A DNA stretch of 48,915 nucleotides, the filler included, from Dimargaris cristalligena (lineage: Eukaryota): the NCBI GenBank assembly GCA_003614675.1. It is 2 parts of 2 records of this genome, joined end to end, with 100 filler letters (N's around TTAATTAATTAA, not from the genome) between each part and the next. Parts side by side here need not be neighbours in the genome. Positions count along the whole stretch, not along the records: positions 1 to 24,444 come from ML002588.1; positions 24,545 to 48,915 come from ML002589.1. The stretch is one strand, 5' to 3'. Under the pieces are notes generated by a model that saw only the letters and a program-made list of their open reading frames with translations, had not been told where the DNA came from and did no database searches. A program made the position numbers and the translations under genes. This document shows positions 23,894-34,789 of this stretch, piece after piece (the first letter of the stretch is position 1; every line of letters starts with the position of its first letter).

Positions 23894-24160
23894 ATGTGAT
23901 TAACTTGGACAACGGTTACTGCGCTTTTCCTTGTCCCGGAGTTGAGCCACCCAGTTTTTAGTGGTGCTTTGCCTGCTCCGGTGGAGGGGAAACTGCCAAG
24001 TTCTACCGATACATTACATTCCTCCATCACGTGGGTGATGGGAATGATGAATGAGGACCCCGCCAACTTGGACAGCATGTGTTGGGCCGGTGGTTTGAGG
24101 AACCTCTCTCCCGGGACTAGGGCTGGGGCTGAGCCCCGTGCTATGCTCGGGAGTGGATAG
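23894..24160 (+). pseudogene. Nonsense-mutated paralog of the N-terminus of the 20720-22093 protein
   Basis: ATG TGA TTA ACT TGG here versus ATG CGA TTA ACT TGG at 20720. Translation M*LTWTTVTALFLVPELSHPVFSGALPAPVEGKLPSSTDTLHSS..MMNEDPANLDS aligns without gaps to MRLTWPAVVALILATGFEHSMIGDASPTPAKGKYMGSTGKFRSS..ILNAIPAHLDN. Confidence 0.8.
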
Positions 24161-24444
24161 GTCACCGGACGTCGGGTTTGGAGGGCTCAAGGGACCTAGG
24201 TGGAACATACCGAATTCGGGCAGCGGTCCTTCGGCGATACGGATGGGATCGGAACTGTGCTCGGAGGCGGTACTGGGGTACGGTGGAATCAACTCCAGGT
24301 TGATGGATCCTATGCTCCCATCGCCAGAGTTTGGACGATCCACGATGGCAGAGTTTTAACAGAACGGTCGAAGGTAAAACGATATGAGGTAACTAGTAAA
24401 AGGTGAAATCTTGACCTCCGGTTGAGGTCTTCGATTACTGCTGG

Positions 24445-24544
24445 NNNNNNNNNNNNNNNNNNNNNNNNNNNNNNNNNNNNNNNNNNNNTTAATTAATTAA
24501 NNNNNNNNNNNNNNNNNNNNNNNNNNNNNNNNNNNNNNNNNNNN
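24445..24544. other. Artificial assembly spacer: 44 N + TTAATTAATTAA + 44 N
   Basis: Exactly 100 bp and symmetric. The central 12-mer (24489-24500) places stop codons in all six frames, typical of a contig-joining linker. Confidence 0.95.
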
Positions 24545-24662
24545 TACTCCCCCTTACTGCCACCTCTTGGAACAGCAAGTCTATCATCACCTTTCCCTTT
24601 TAATCACCTATCTTTTCGAATAATGTTCAGTTTTCAAGGATTTGAGTTCAGTTCTTTACAAC
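24545..24662 (+). repeat. Probable 3' end of an LTR (family 1), second copy, truncated by the gap
   Basis: 24606-24662 matches window positions 1-57 (53/57) and ends in ...ttaCA. It lies directly at a contig break, as expected for a collapsed repeat. Confidence 0.6.
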
Positions 24663-24688
24663 ATTTCTCAAACTTTACTTTCTATTAG

Positions 24689-26193
24689 AATATAGTTTGG
24701 CTGTAACACTGGTGTTGACTGGCACATTGTGGTCAAAAATTAACTTATGCGAGCTGATGTTTAGTTCAGAAGTGCTGAAGGTTAAGCAGCTTTTGGACTA
24801 TAAGAAGTCTATCAAGCAAGAATGGGCATATGCTAATTATAATGCACTGGACTCTGAACAGCAGCTGGCCACATTCCCACTTCTCTTTATTTCCACTCAC
24901 AAAGTAATGCTCCCCAATTTTGCAAAGTGGCACAATACTATAATGGCAGTGTATCCCTGAACCATGGATACCACCAATTTAGACCCCGGCCATATATAGA
25001 TTGAAGATCTAGTTACTAACCATGGCATTACTTGGCCCAAAAAGAGAGTCATTTGTATTGAGGTTTTTGTTTCCCAATTTCTACCCTTCCTGATTATACT
25101 ATTGGTCTAATATGGCAACTTGGAGGGTTTGCAAGCCATTATTGAACAAGGCAAGAAAAATACAACCAATCTACTTGTTGCCCAAGTTAACTATTCTTAG
25201 TCTATCAAGAGTCTTGGGGATAGGCTTCTAACAGTAGGTGGGGCTTAGACTCAGCCAAGTGGGCTACTAGTATCAGGGCAGGATTGGTACTAACCAATAA
25301 AGGGAGGTGTAAGCTAATGCAAGGATTAAGTAGTGGGCATATTTACTGGCTAATACAATGGATGAGCATATAAGGAGTTTATTGGGTAAACTAAGGGGGT
25401 AAGAATAAGCTGAAGAATCTAACGAGTCCAAACAGGCCAGGTTATATATATACAGGGGACTACTCCAAAGGGAGGTCCCAAAGGGAAGAACTACATAACT
25501 AAATCATTGATGAATAAGCGGGCTGGGGGATCCTTGTATCAGGCAGACTCTTATGGGAACCAAAAGGCCTTAGATTGCTGGTGGAGTAATTAGTGTGAAC
25601 TCCGGAGGGCATGACTGGCAGAATTATATGACAATAGGTATCCCCATAGTACCGGGGGTGACCATGGGGGGTTCAATATGGTGGTATAAGGCCTGATATG
25701 GCAGATGATCATCCAGCCAGATTAGGTCAGATTAGGAGGGCTGACACTACTTTCAGGTAAAGTGATCCCACAATTTTTTGTACTCATGATCCTAGGTTTC
25801 AGAATATTGGTCTTGTGTGAATGGGCATTTCAGCAATTTGAAATCAGGAACAACATACCGACCAACTGTGCTGAGATGCTTGGCTATACCCATGCTGTGC
25901 ACAAAATATTGGCTAGAAATTGGGACATTTCTCCATCAGAATATGGCTTGAGGAAATGTATCAATACCCTTGGGCTAGGAAGTAAAGCCATTGTAAACAG
26001 GCTCAAAGACAGGGATCTAGTGTTAGTGGCTATTCATGTCCGCAAGCTTGCATTTCTGAACCCGGTCCCCAATGGTGAAGGCGCCATCTTGTCCCCTGGG
26101 AAAATTGAACAGCTTATAGCTGATCAAAGTGAAACTTCTGTCCCGGGGGGTCTGGCCATGTCTTTTAATTTTGAAAACAGATGCTTTCTTTAG
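24689..26193 (+). pseudogene. Decayed paralog of the 33776-34789 coding exon, interrupted by a solo LTR
   Basis: EWAYANYNALDSEQQLATFPLL matches DWEYVNYDALNSKQQKAAFPLL; HGITWP matches YGKSWP; NCAEMLG matches RCAKELG; LVLVAIHVRK matches LLSVSLRVRK. There are in-frame stops at ~24958, 24997 and 25108. Removing the LTR plus one TSD restores the frame (..TNLLSGKVIPQFF..). Confidence 0.82.
25176..25746 (-). mobile_element. Solo LTR (571 bp, family 2) with 5-bp target-site duplication CTACT
   Basis: It starts TGTTGCCC (25176) and ends GGGCTGACA (25746): TG...CA with an imperfect inverted repeat. CTACT lies at 25171-25175 and 25747-25751. On the minus strand a TATA tract (~25452-25442) precedes AATAAA (25383-25378). 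Confidence 0.88.
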
Positions 26194-27088
26194 TTATCTT
26201 GTGGTTGCTCATCTTAATAACTTAAAATGCCCTCGGCCGACTATATTTTTCAATAAAACTGACTATTGAAAGGCACCCGCTGCCCTCTAGCAGTTTTTCC
26301 CCATACAGATAGACTTATTGATATTCCTTTACTACCTTCAACACCAACAATGCTTTACTGCCAATGGGGGACATTGTGCAACGATTGACCGATTGCTTGT
26401 TATTCTTATCTGATTGGATGAGGTGGTGGTGGGGATGAATTAGGGAGAAGTTCATCCAAGTTGTATTACGAAAAATCCATTAGATTCGGCCAATATTACT
26501 AGTTAAAAACGCATTTCCCATATAGTTTCCCATACACGTATCATTGATAGTCTTATATCGCTGGGTTGAAATTCACCCATTAGGATGATTATACTGGCAC
26601 CCCTCAACCAATATCCAGCCTGGCTATAGTACTGTATATTGAGGGTTTTCATTCCAGTGCTGTGTTTTGGTAAATCTAGTTGGTTGACAGAATTGGCTGG
26701 GCCATGTTCAAGTATCCCATTACTTGCTCTTTTTACTCATAGTATTCAAAACAAGACGCATTAAGTTTGAGTGCCTCCTAAATAAATCGTTTATACTGTG
26801 TATCTACCATATTTCTAAAATCATTAGTGTTATGTAGAGCGCTCCAAGGAGTTTACTATCCCAATGATCATTGAAAAATTAATGTATTAAAACAATTTAT
26901 CGCACTTTTAATCGGATTTTAAAATGTCGGATGAATAGGTAAAATAGTCATGAAGTATAGGTACAATAATCATTACCATCCCAATCTACGGATTCTACCG
27001 TTAAAAACCATAAACGTCATAGACAAGAGGGTATCAACTGCCCAGTCGGTAATAACAGGAATTCCATGTTATATGGAGAACCTGGGGT

Positions 27089-29971
27089 CTATCCGTAGGT
27101 TGACGAACCTCGGCATTCCCAGATGACATCGCCTCCGCCCAGCGTAATATCGCCATCCTGGCCGTAGTGATTGAACGATGTAGTAAATGCGCTGGAATCG
27201 GAAAATGGGGCTGCCCAAGGAGGTCGTGCACCGGATAGACCGGGTCTAGGATTATCTCGCGATGCGATGGCGCGGGTCTGGATAGCGGATCCCATATTTC
27301 GCCGATTGCCTAGAGGGGTGGTGGGTGTTGGTAAATGAGCCGATGGGGTGGTGGAAGTAGAGGTGGAGGCGGTGGTGGCAGTAGCGGTGGTGGAACCGGA
27401 GCCCCAGGCATTCCCGCCCGCATTTGGACCATTCCGCTTATTCCGGCCTGGGGTTTTCCATTTGCCACGTCTTTCGGGGTTTGCCCGTACTTTGGTGGAA
27501 CGGCGATGGCTAGCGGGTCCACTGGCTCTTCTGTCCCTTCCCCGCCCCGTCGCTGGGGTTGAAGTGTGTTCATGGCAAGGTACACCAGCGCTCACAGTCA
27601 GAAATCCCGGTGGGGGGGCTGAGTTGCCTTGTAAGACCGTGTCCGAAAAAAAGGTGCTACCTAAATCGCCCCGGATTTTACGCTTGGCTCCCATACATAG
27701 GATAGCGTCGTTGGGGGTGGGGAGCTGCAACGGTGGGCCTGTGGGGTTGGTTGGGCGGTCCCTTGCCGAAGATGGGGCGGCTATCGAATCGGACGGGCCC
27801 CGGCTAGGGGCGGGCCTTCTAGTGACCGAGCGCCCACGGCCGGTTCGACGTGACCCTCGACCGGTTGACCGAGTGGCTTTTTTGGGCTGGCAATCGAACT
27901 GGCGGAGGTAGTTCAGTAACCCGGGGTCGGACTGCCCGTTGGATTGGAAATCCATAATACCCTCGACCGGGGAGGTGTAGCCAGCTTCATCGTCGGAGGG
28001 TGAAGCCGAGTCAGTTTGGCTGCCTTCATCTTCGGTGGCACTGCCGCCGAGATGATTGCATATCCGGTGCATATCCTCCAAGGCAGCAGAATCGGAATCC
28101 GATTGGTCTAAATCAATGACCTCGGTAGCGGGTGAACGGGCGGTTGGAGGGCCCGGAGAGACGGGGAAATTACGCGTATAGTAGCCCGCTTGAAGCCAAG
28201 GGGGCACTAATGGGCCGTCGCTGGGGGACGATGTGATGTCAGGCAGTACGTCCGGGTCTTGCCTACGTAGCGCCAAGGCCGCGGCGGCCGAATCATAGGT
28301 AAACTGGGTGTAAGCAATGTCTTCCTCGATATCTTCGCAGTGGCTTTCCGCCTGGTTATCGCGCGAGGAAGGTTTGTCTAACGGTGTGGATGGTTGCCGG
28401 CGACTCGTAGGGCCAGCGACGGTCCCACCTTTGTTCGACAATGCTGAGATCGAACTAGGTGTAGCGGCGGGTGCACATTGAGTCAGCCCTAAACTGGACT
28501 GGTCAAAGTCGAATTCGAATTCCACCAAATCGTCAGCAGAACTGTTATCCGGGGGGTCAGCGGCTAATTCACCCTCGTCGGGCCCACTAGAGGGATCGGT
28601 GGGGTTTGAAGGTGGTTCAGTATCTGGGTAAGAAAATCGGAAATTGTGCGGAGCCAAAAGTGAGTGAGGAGTAGCGGGAGGTTGCAGTGGTCGCGGTGGT
28701 TCGGTTAGACAGGGTTGTGGCGTTTGGCCGGGGATCTTGAAGGCGGGGGAACTGAAGTTCACCACATGTTTGTGAACTTGACGGATCCTACCGGTCATCA
28801 AATGGTGGGCCGGCGTAGACGGTGCTGACACGCCCGGCCGAAGAGAATTGCAGGCGGGAAGAGATTGCGTATTCAGCAGTTTCGCCAGTAGCCGAGACGA
28901 CGCCCGCGGCAACCCAGATTCTCCGGGAGACTTAGGTGCTACGTGTCTACTGGATCCGTTGAATGGAGTCTGTCCTCGGTTTGACGGGTATTTCGGGGCA
29001 ACGTCGGACTGGAAGGGATTGACCAATTTCGGGAGTGCTGGCTGGTTGGTCAATAACTCCCGAAGGCGTTGTGCCTCGCTAATAGACCCATGGTTCCGGG
29101 GCCCTGGGCTAGGTCGGGTATGTGGCGGAGAGTCTGTAACATCGGGTCCTTGACAGTCCGATGCGTGTGACTCAATAATTGACCGCTCAAATAATCGATT
29201 ACAAAGAAGACATGTGATGCTGCTCAATTGGGCTGGGGCAGATTGGGGGGTCTTTCGGGGCTCTGGGAGTATATCGTGGCCCACGTGCGTAGAAAAAAGG
29301 GATGTTGATACGGGTGACGGTACGGGTAGGATACGGGCCGATCGGAATGATTGGGGAGTACTGCAAGCTGACGAATTGGCGGTTGATAAGATCGGCGATG
29401 AGTCAAGTAGTGGGGTGATGCTGTCACTCAGAAAACGGGGAGAAGAGTACAAACCAGGGTCAGACGGCGGTTCGGGCGTCGCTCGTAGGAGCACTTGGCT
29501 TGTTGTGGTACCGTTGGCCATATCAGTGCGCACCGGGGAATTTCGGTCAGCTTGATAGCCGTTCACATCGGTCAGTTGACTATTTCCAGGGGAGCAGTCA
29601 TCATCGTCTTCAATAACGAAGTTATCCAATGACGCTTGGGGCGCCGAAACGGTTGAAGAGGGCCCGGTGTTTGACGCTAACCAGCTCGTATTGGAAAGGG
29701 GTAGCTGTGGGAGGGCCGACGTAGGGGAAGGTAGGCCTGTGTTAGCTGTGGCTGAGGTGGGCGTGCTCAGAGGTGGGGAACGGGGTCGAATCGGACCGCC
29801 AGGTGATCGTCGGTACCGGCAACCTGGGGACCCAATCGTCGCCGAGGTGGCTGAGGTTGTTGGAGAGTGTTTCGCTGGAGACGATCGAAGAGAATGGGGC
29901 CGGCTGCTAAGACGGGGTCGCTTGGACACGAAAGAAACGGGCTTAAAGTCGGACTCTTCACTATCACTCAT
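27089..29971 (-). CDS. Large intrinsically disordered protein with a UBZ4/Rad18-type zinc finger
   Basis: 960-aa single-exon ORF, S/P-rich. It contains CLLCNRLFERSIIESHASDC (C-x2-C...H-x3-C), an acidic tract and Arg/Lys-rich NLS-like stretches. Confidence 0.7.
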   Translation of the reverse strand: MSDSEESDFKPVSFVSKRPRLSSRPHSLRSSPAKHSPTTSATSATIGSPGCRYRRSPGGPIRPRSPPLSTPTSATANTGLPSPTSALPQLPLSNTSWLASNTGPSSTVSAPQASLDNFVIEDDDDCSPGNSQLTDVNGYQADRNSPVRTDMANGTTTSQVLLRATPEPPSDPGLYSSPRFLSDSITPLLDSSPILSTANSSACSTPQSFRSARILPVPSPVSTSLFSTHVGHDILPEPRKTPQSAPAQLSSITCLLCNRLFERSIIESHASDCQGPDVTDSPPHTRPSPGPRNHGSISEAQRLRELLTNQPALPKLVNPFQSDVAPKYPSNRGQTPFNGSSRHVAPKSPGESGLPRASSRLLAKLLNTQSLPACNSLRPGVSAPSTPAHHLMTGRIRQVHKHVVNFSSPAFKIPGQTPQPCLTEPPRPLQPPATPHSLLAPHNFRFSYPDTEPPSNPTDPSSGPDEGELAADPPDNSSADDLVEFEFDFDQSSLGLTQCAPAATPSSISALSNKGGTVAGPTSRRQPSTPLDKPSSRDNQAESHCEDIEEDIAYTQFTYDSAAAALALRRQDPDVLPDITSSPSDGPLVPPWLQAGYYTRNFPVSPGPPTARSPATEVIDLDQSDSDSAALEDMHRICNHLGGSATEDEGSQTDSASPSDDEAGYTSPVEGIMDFQSNGQSDPGLLNYLRQFDCQPKKATRSTGRGSRRTGRGRSVTRRPAPSRGPSDSIAAPSSARDRPTNPTGPPLQLPTPNDAILCMGAKRKIRGDLGSTFFSDTVLQGNSAPPPGFLTVSAGVPCHEHTSTPATGRGRDRRASGPASHRRSTKVRANPERRGKWKTPGRNKRNGPNAGGNAWGSGSTTATATTASTSTSTTPSAHLPTPTTPLGNRRNMGSAIQTRAIASRDNPRPGLSGARPPWAAPFSDSSAFTTSFNHYGQDGDITLGGGDVIWECRGSSTYG

Positions 29972-32900
29972 ATCGTGACAGAAGGCTAAAAACTATAGCC
30001 GCCGATACGGTAACCGAAGTAGAATGGAGCGAAAGGAACGTGTTATGTTTGTATATAAGAACGATATTGTTATTGAGGGCAAGGGCAAAATAGGAATGAA
30101 ATAGAATGGGAGGCGGAGAAGGGAATCTCAGACAGTTTATTCTTCCTTTTGAGAGGTTACTCGCAGTCTCAGTTAATGGCGACTGATTGGCTGTTTTTTT
30201 TAAACAGCGACTGGTTAATTATTGTTTGGATCCACACAAATGGTCAATAACTAAATCATTATAGAGATGAGCACAGTTCGGAATGGTAAATTGGGCTGTG
30301 GGACATTAATATGAGGCGCAGGGCAGCCCAGAATCAGCGCTGCCCGCATAGATAAGCAATACCAGCTAATCTAAAACCAGTTTGGGGGCACTTGGTAGTG
30401 TAAAGGCTCTACCAAGAGATTGAACGAGTATACTATGTATCTATACAGCGTCGGGGTTGGTAATTTAAATCAATAAAAGGGCACTGGCAAACCTTACATT
30501 CACGAGAAAAAGTGCATTGCTGTAATAAGTCTCGGGATAAAAATGCTCAGCGTCAGTGGATGGTTGATACAGATACGGAGTAGCTAAAATTGGCATGATT
30601 TACCACATTCCAGACCCACCTCTTTATCCAAAGATTAAGTGAAATGGGCCTGCCTTAGTTAGCCAACTCAGGCAGTCCATTTTAAGAAAAGGCAGCCGGG
30701 GAAAAGGAAGTGGGCATATCCCTAATCCAGTCCAGCCCCCCTCCTCCCAAAAACATGACGGTCGGTAGCGCGCGACAAGAAATATATACGTTAAAGTGGT
30801 GCATGTAAGAAACGAAAAATAGTTATTTAACATGCCGGCAGTTAATATAAAAGAGAAACTACGTGTCCAGGTGCTTTAAAAGCTAGGAGAACTTAGACTG
30901 GAATTAACTACATATAATTAGGGATGGATGTAGATATGGGTCAGGGATGAGTGATTAAAAAGGTGTAGGTATGTGGTATACCTGAAGGGGCTAGACCAAT
31001 ACAAGCACTTTGGGTGTAGGAATACCACCTGTTAAATAGAGGACTAATTGAATAAGGCTCCATCTATCAGGTGTAAAATGTGGTACCCAAGCCTTTGAAA
31101 ATCGGGCATTATTAATGCCATGCAGGGGAGTCTGCCCCATTAGAACCAGGCACCTCGTTGCCGTTCCCTTTTTAGACTTGCATATGCCATATCTCGGTTC
31201 TCCTAATAACACCCCAGCCCATGGAGATGGGTATAAGGCTTCCGGGCTGATAATTGGAAGCCCATTCCTGCCTACCCTTACCACTGATTCATATATGCTT
31301 CAGTTGTCAATGGTGTCTCCCGGTTATCGCTTGGCGACCTTCAGCACCTGCCAATCTTATTATTATATACTGCTCCAAATGGTGGTTGTCGTAATGGTAT
31401 CTATCACTTGGATTCGGAGACATTTATCTCAGTTTATGCCTAATATGGCCAATCCTTTTATGTGACTACCCCCTGTTTAGTGCCTTCATGTAGACACGCC
31501 TGTTCCTAAATCTGGAATTTATCTTCACTACTAACAAATACCAGTAGATAGTTATCCCTAGACTAGGCGGTTCTCCTATCCAATGGTCCCAAGCGCAACA
31601 TTAGAGTGGTGAACCATTCGAGAATGCATTGGTCCGCCAGCCTGGCACTGGCGAGTTGAACATTGGAGGTTGGTAAAGGTGAATATATTAGCAAGGGTTT
31701 AACGGGCTACCTGACTAATACAGTGACTAGTGGAACAAACTGCTGAACGGGGCGACTCTTGTCCATCACTTGCTATTATAGCCAATCGCTCCCATGTTTC
31801 CTTAATACGTCCATAATAGTTTGTGATTTCTTAGAGAAGGGCAGTTAATTATATACTATACCCCCATTAACTACGATAAGCAGCTCAACGGGGTTTGGAA
31901 CATCCACTTGGAGCGACACAGCCAATGCCACAGTTAGACTAGAGGGCTGGTCGCTAACCCTTGTATTTTGTGCAATTCCCCCACCAAAGGGCAGTGAGAT
32001 TGGGCGACACTTGGTCCTCAGCAGGAGAAAAACGAAGCGAGAGGTAGGAGAAGGAAGCCTCCATAGGGGACTTCAGCTGTACATGCTTTGAACTGGTGGG
32101 TCGCACTGCCCCGCCGCTATCTCGTAAAAGAGCATGAATTCATACCGCATGGCCGGTATTTGGGCCGTGTAGGTCCAAAGACGGTACCACGTTCTACACG
32201 TGAACACAAGCGAGGTTTGCCTTGTTCGGCGGGAAAGGGAGGATTATACTCGGAATGCGCACTTTGTTACGGTTGGTCAGCTATCATACGAAAGCATTGG
32301 CCGCTGTATGATTAGGGAAAGGGGGGTTGATAACCGAGTTCTCGATCCCATTTTTCCCTGCACCCTGCCATTCGACGAGCTCAAGTCGGGTGTGGGATCC
32401 GCCTTTGAGGCCTCCAAAGGCTGCTTTAGCAAACCTTGTAAAAATATAATCCTCAACGATAGCCAATTCTTTGCACGTCCTTTGTATCACCAGCGAAGGG
32501 GGCCATGGTAGGTCTTGGCGATGAACATGGCCTCCTAGGGCAGGGTGTACAGTCCCCAGCCCCATCGATACTCCTTGAAAAAGATACCAAAGGTAAAAAT
32601 ACAACAGGGTGACTGGTGGACTAAAATGTGAATATCCTCGACGACACAGTCCGCTGGTCTGGGGATACAATAATATTCGACTATGAGGAGGTTGGTGTCG
32701 AGTGGCCGCACCATAACCAACCTCTGTAAGGCGAGGACCCCCGTTTACCGTTTTCCGTCTGCGGGAAATAGAAAGTAGGTTTTGAATACCTGGCTAATCG
32801 ACTGCTGTCTCTTTTGAATATAAAAAGACCCTTATCCCCCCCTTTCATTAATCAACAACTCTGTCAACACACTGTTCTATTATCCGTTCATTATCCTATT

Positions 32901-33015
32901 CTATCTATTATAGAGTGCCTTAACCAGCTATAGTTGTAAAATTACTAGGTCCTATCTCCAGTGCCCTTTTCCCGTTCACCCAACACCCATCCCCTTCGAT
33001 CCCATCCCGCCCACC

Positions 33016-34789
33016 ATGAGACCTTCGGTTGCCTCAGTCTCGGTTCTTGGCCTGATCATGGCCCTTTACGTTGCAAGTCGCCCCCAACCAGCTGGTCCAG
33101 GATATGGCCCATTCGACGCGAATGATTTGAGCAAAATAGACCTTAAGGAATGCGTCGGAGGAGTTGCTCTCGGTGCCGGAACTAATGTTATGGCAGACTC
33201 CCTTACGGTGGCAGTAGTGGAAGGTTCTGATGCTTCGCGTTTTGGTGATTGAGGAAAAGAACAATCTAGTGGTGTCCGTGCGAATGACGATGTCCAAGAA
33301 TCCAACTACGAAAAGGCATACATAGGAGGCAGCTACGATAAAGACACCTACAAAGTAGACGGCGACGATGATAATGACAGCGATAACGAAGGAGAATACG
33401 AGGAAGTCGATGGCGATGACGAGATCGGCGTCCCCATTATTATAAAGACTAAGGACAATGGGTCATTTGCAAAGGTAGGTTCCCGCTTTTTGATATTTAT
33501 GTTTGTTTATTTCATCTCACCAATATTCTTCGCTATATGACATCCAACCGACTCTTTGTTGACAACGGGCACTGAGCCAATTTCCTAAAAATCAGGTTAG
33601 CCCCCATTCACCATTCCTTAACCGTTCATAACACATTAATGTGCTTTCTAGACCTTTAGTTGCCCAACTAACCCATCCTTATAATATACTACCATACTAA
33701 CCGCACCATTCACATCAATATTACAACCATTCCTGATATATTAACCATTATGGTAACATAGATCCAACAATACATGTGAAAGAAGAACTCTACGGTTTGG
33801 TTCCTTTGGAATACGATTCGATGGTAATCCAACTAGTTTACGACTCTATCAAGGCCCAAAAAATCTCTTGGGTGATTTGGCATAAGAAACTTGATTATCT
33901 CCCTGTAGATTGGGAATATGTCAATTATGACGCGTTGAACTCCAAACAGCAAAAGGCTGCCTTTCCTTTACTCGTGGATACCCCTAGTAAGAGGGTATAT
34001 CCCGATGTTTCTAACTGGCTTTCAGGGGATTTTGGCGAAAATGTGCTTGAGAACAGAAGACACGGGTTTGCCTCCGAAATTAAGGAAATCGAACGACGCG
34101 CCAAGTTATACGGAAAATCCTGGCCCTCGCTATCCAATACTTGCGAACCCACCTTTATCAGATTCTTTATTCCAGCCCTGGTAGCCCTCTTCACCAGCCG
34201 AAGCGACGCGGAATATTTACAAGTCATGCTAACCGAGGTGTTAAAAACAGATGACGTCTATACCAGAAACAACCTTCTGACCTTCATTATCATCATGGCG
34301 TTGGAATTCAATATCAAAATACATATTCGTGGCGCCCTTACTAGTTTCAGAAATGGTACACCAAATCCGGCCCGTTGTGCCAAAGAACTGGGGTCTAACT
34401 GGGCCACAGTCCAAATCGAGAAGCAAAACATTCCGTTTAGTAACGTATCAACGAACTGTTACAGAGAGCTTGGATTCCTCAACGCTTTCGTCATTAGAAG
34501 ATGCAGAGACACCAAGTTGCTATCGGTGTCTCTCCGTGTACGAAAACATTCCATTCAGCAACTAGTCACCGGCGGTGAAAAGGCTTTCTTGGACTCCAAC
34601 ATTACCAACCAACTGTTAACAAGTGCGGAAAAAGGATATAAATTGTTTCCAAACTTACTCGAAGAATATGAAACCGAGGCGCAAATAAATGCAATCGGGC
34701 TAGTGTCCAGTCGACAATTCCGTTTACCTCGATTTTTTTTTGTTTGTTTTAAAATAAATATATCCCGTATTTTCTTTTTCAGGTTCTAA
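33016..34789 (+). pseudogene. Putative secreted protein gene (family B) with one in-frame TGA in exon 1; possibly a recent pseudogene
   Basis: Signal-like N-terminus MRPSVASVSVLGLIMALYVASRP. The frame continues past the TGA at 33250 through an acidic tract to a donor (AAG|GTAGGT, 33475). A large open exon spans ~33762-34789 (337 aa) and has a paralog at 24689-26193. The exact splice phase could not be resolved. Confidence 0.6.

Noticed and set aside
24350..24444. Possible 5' end of the family-1 LTR before the gap (tttaacagaac..., with a gacctc/gaggtc hairpin)
   Set aside because: There is only weak inverted similarity to the LTR 3' end, no TG start and no matching TSD, so it cannot be linked across an artificial gap.
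24489..24500. Perfect palindromic TTAATTAATTAA inside the N-run
   Set aside because: It sits symmetrically within exactly 100 bp (44 N + 12 + 44 N), which marks a six-frame-stop assembly linker rather than biology.
25184..25763. Alternative insertion boundaries with a 4-bp AAGT duplication, or an intron ending at tttcag (25756)
   Set aside because: The TG...CA ends with a 5-bp CTACT duplication explain the segment better, and there is no good in-phase GT donor.
30975..31284. Minus-strand ORF with P450-like fragments (EALYPSP, KKGT, FTPDRW, shifted ACIG)
   Set aside because: There is no proper ExxR or FxxGxxxCxG motif and the spacing is off, so chance resemblance in CpG-poor decayed sequence is likely. 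An HMM search would be needed.
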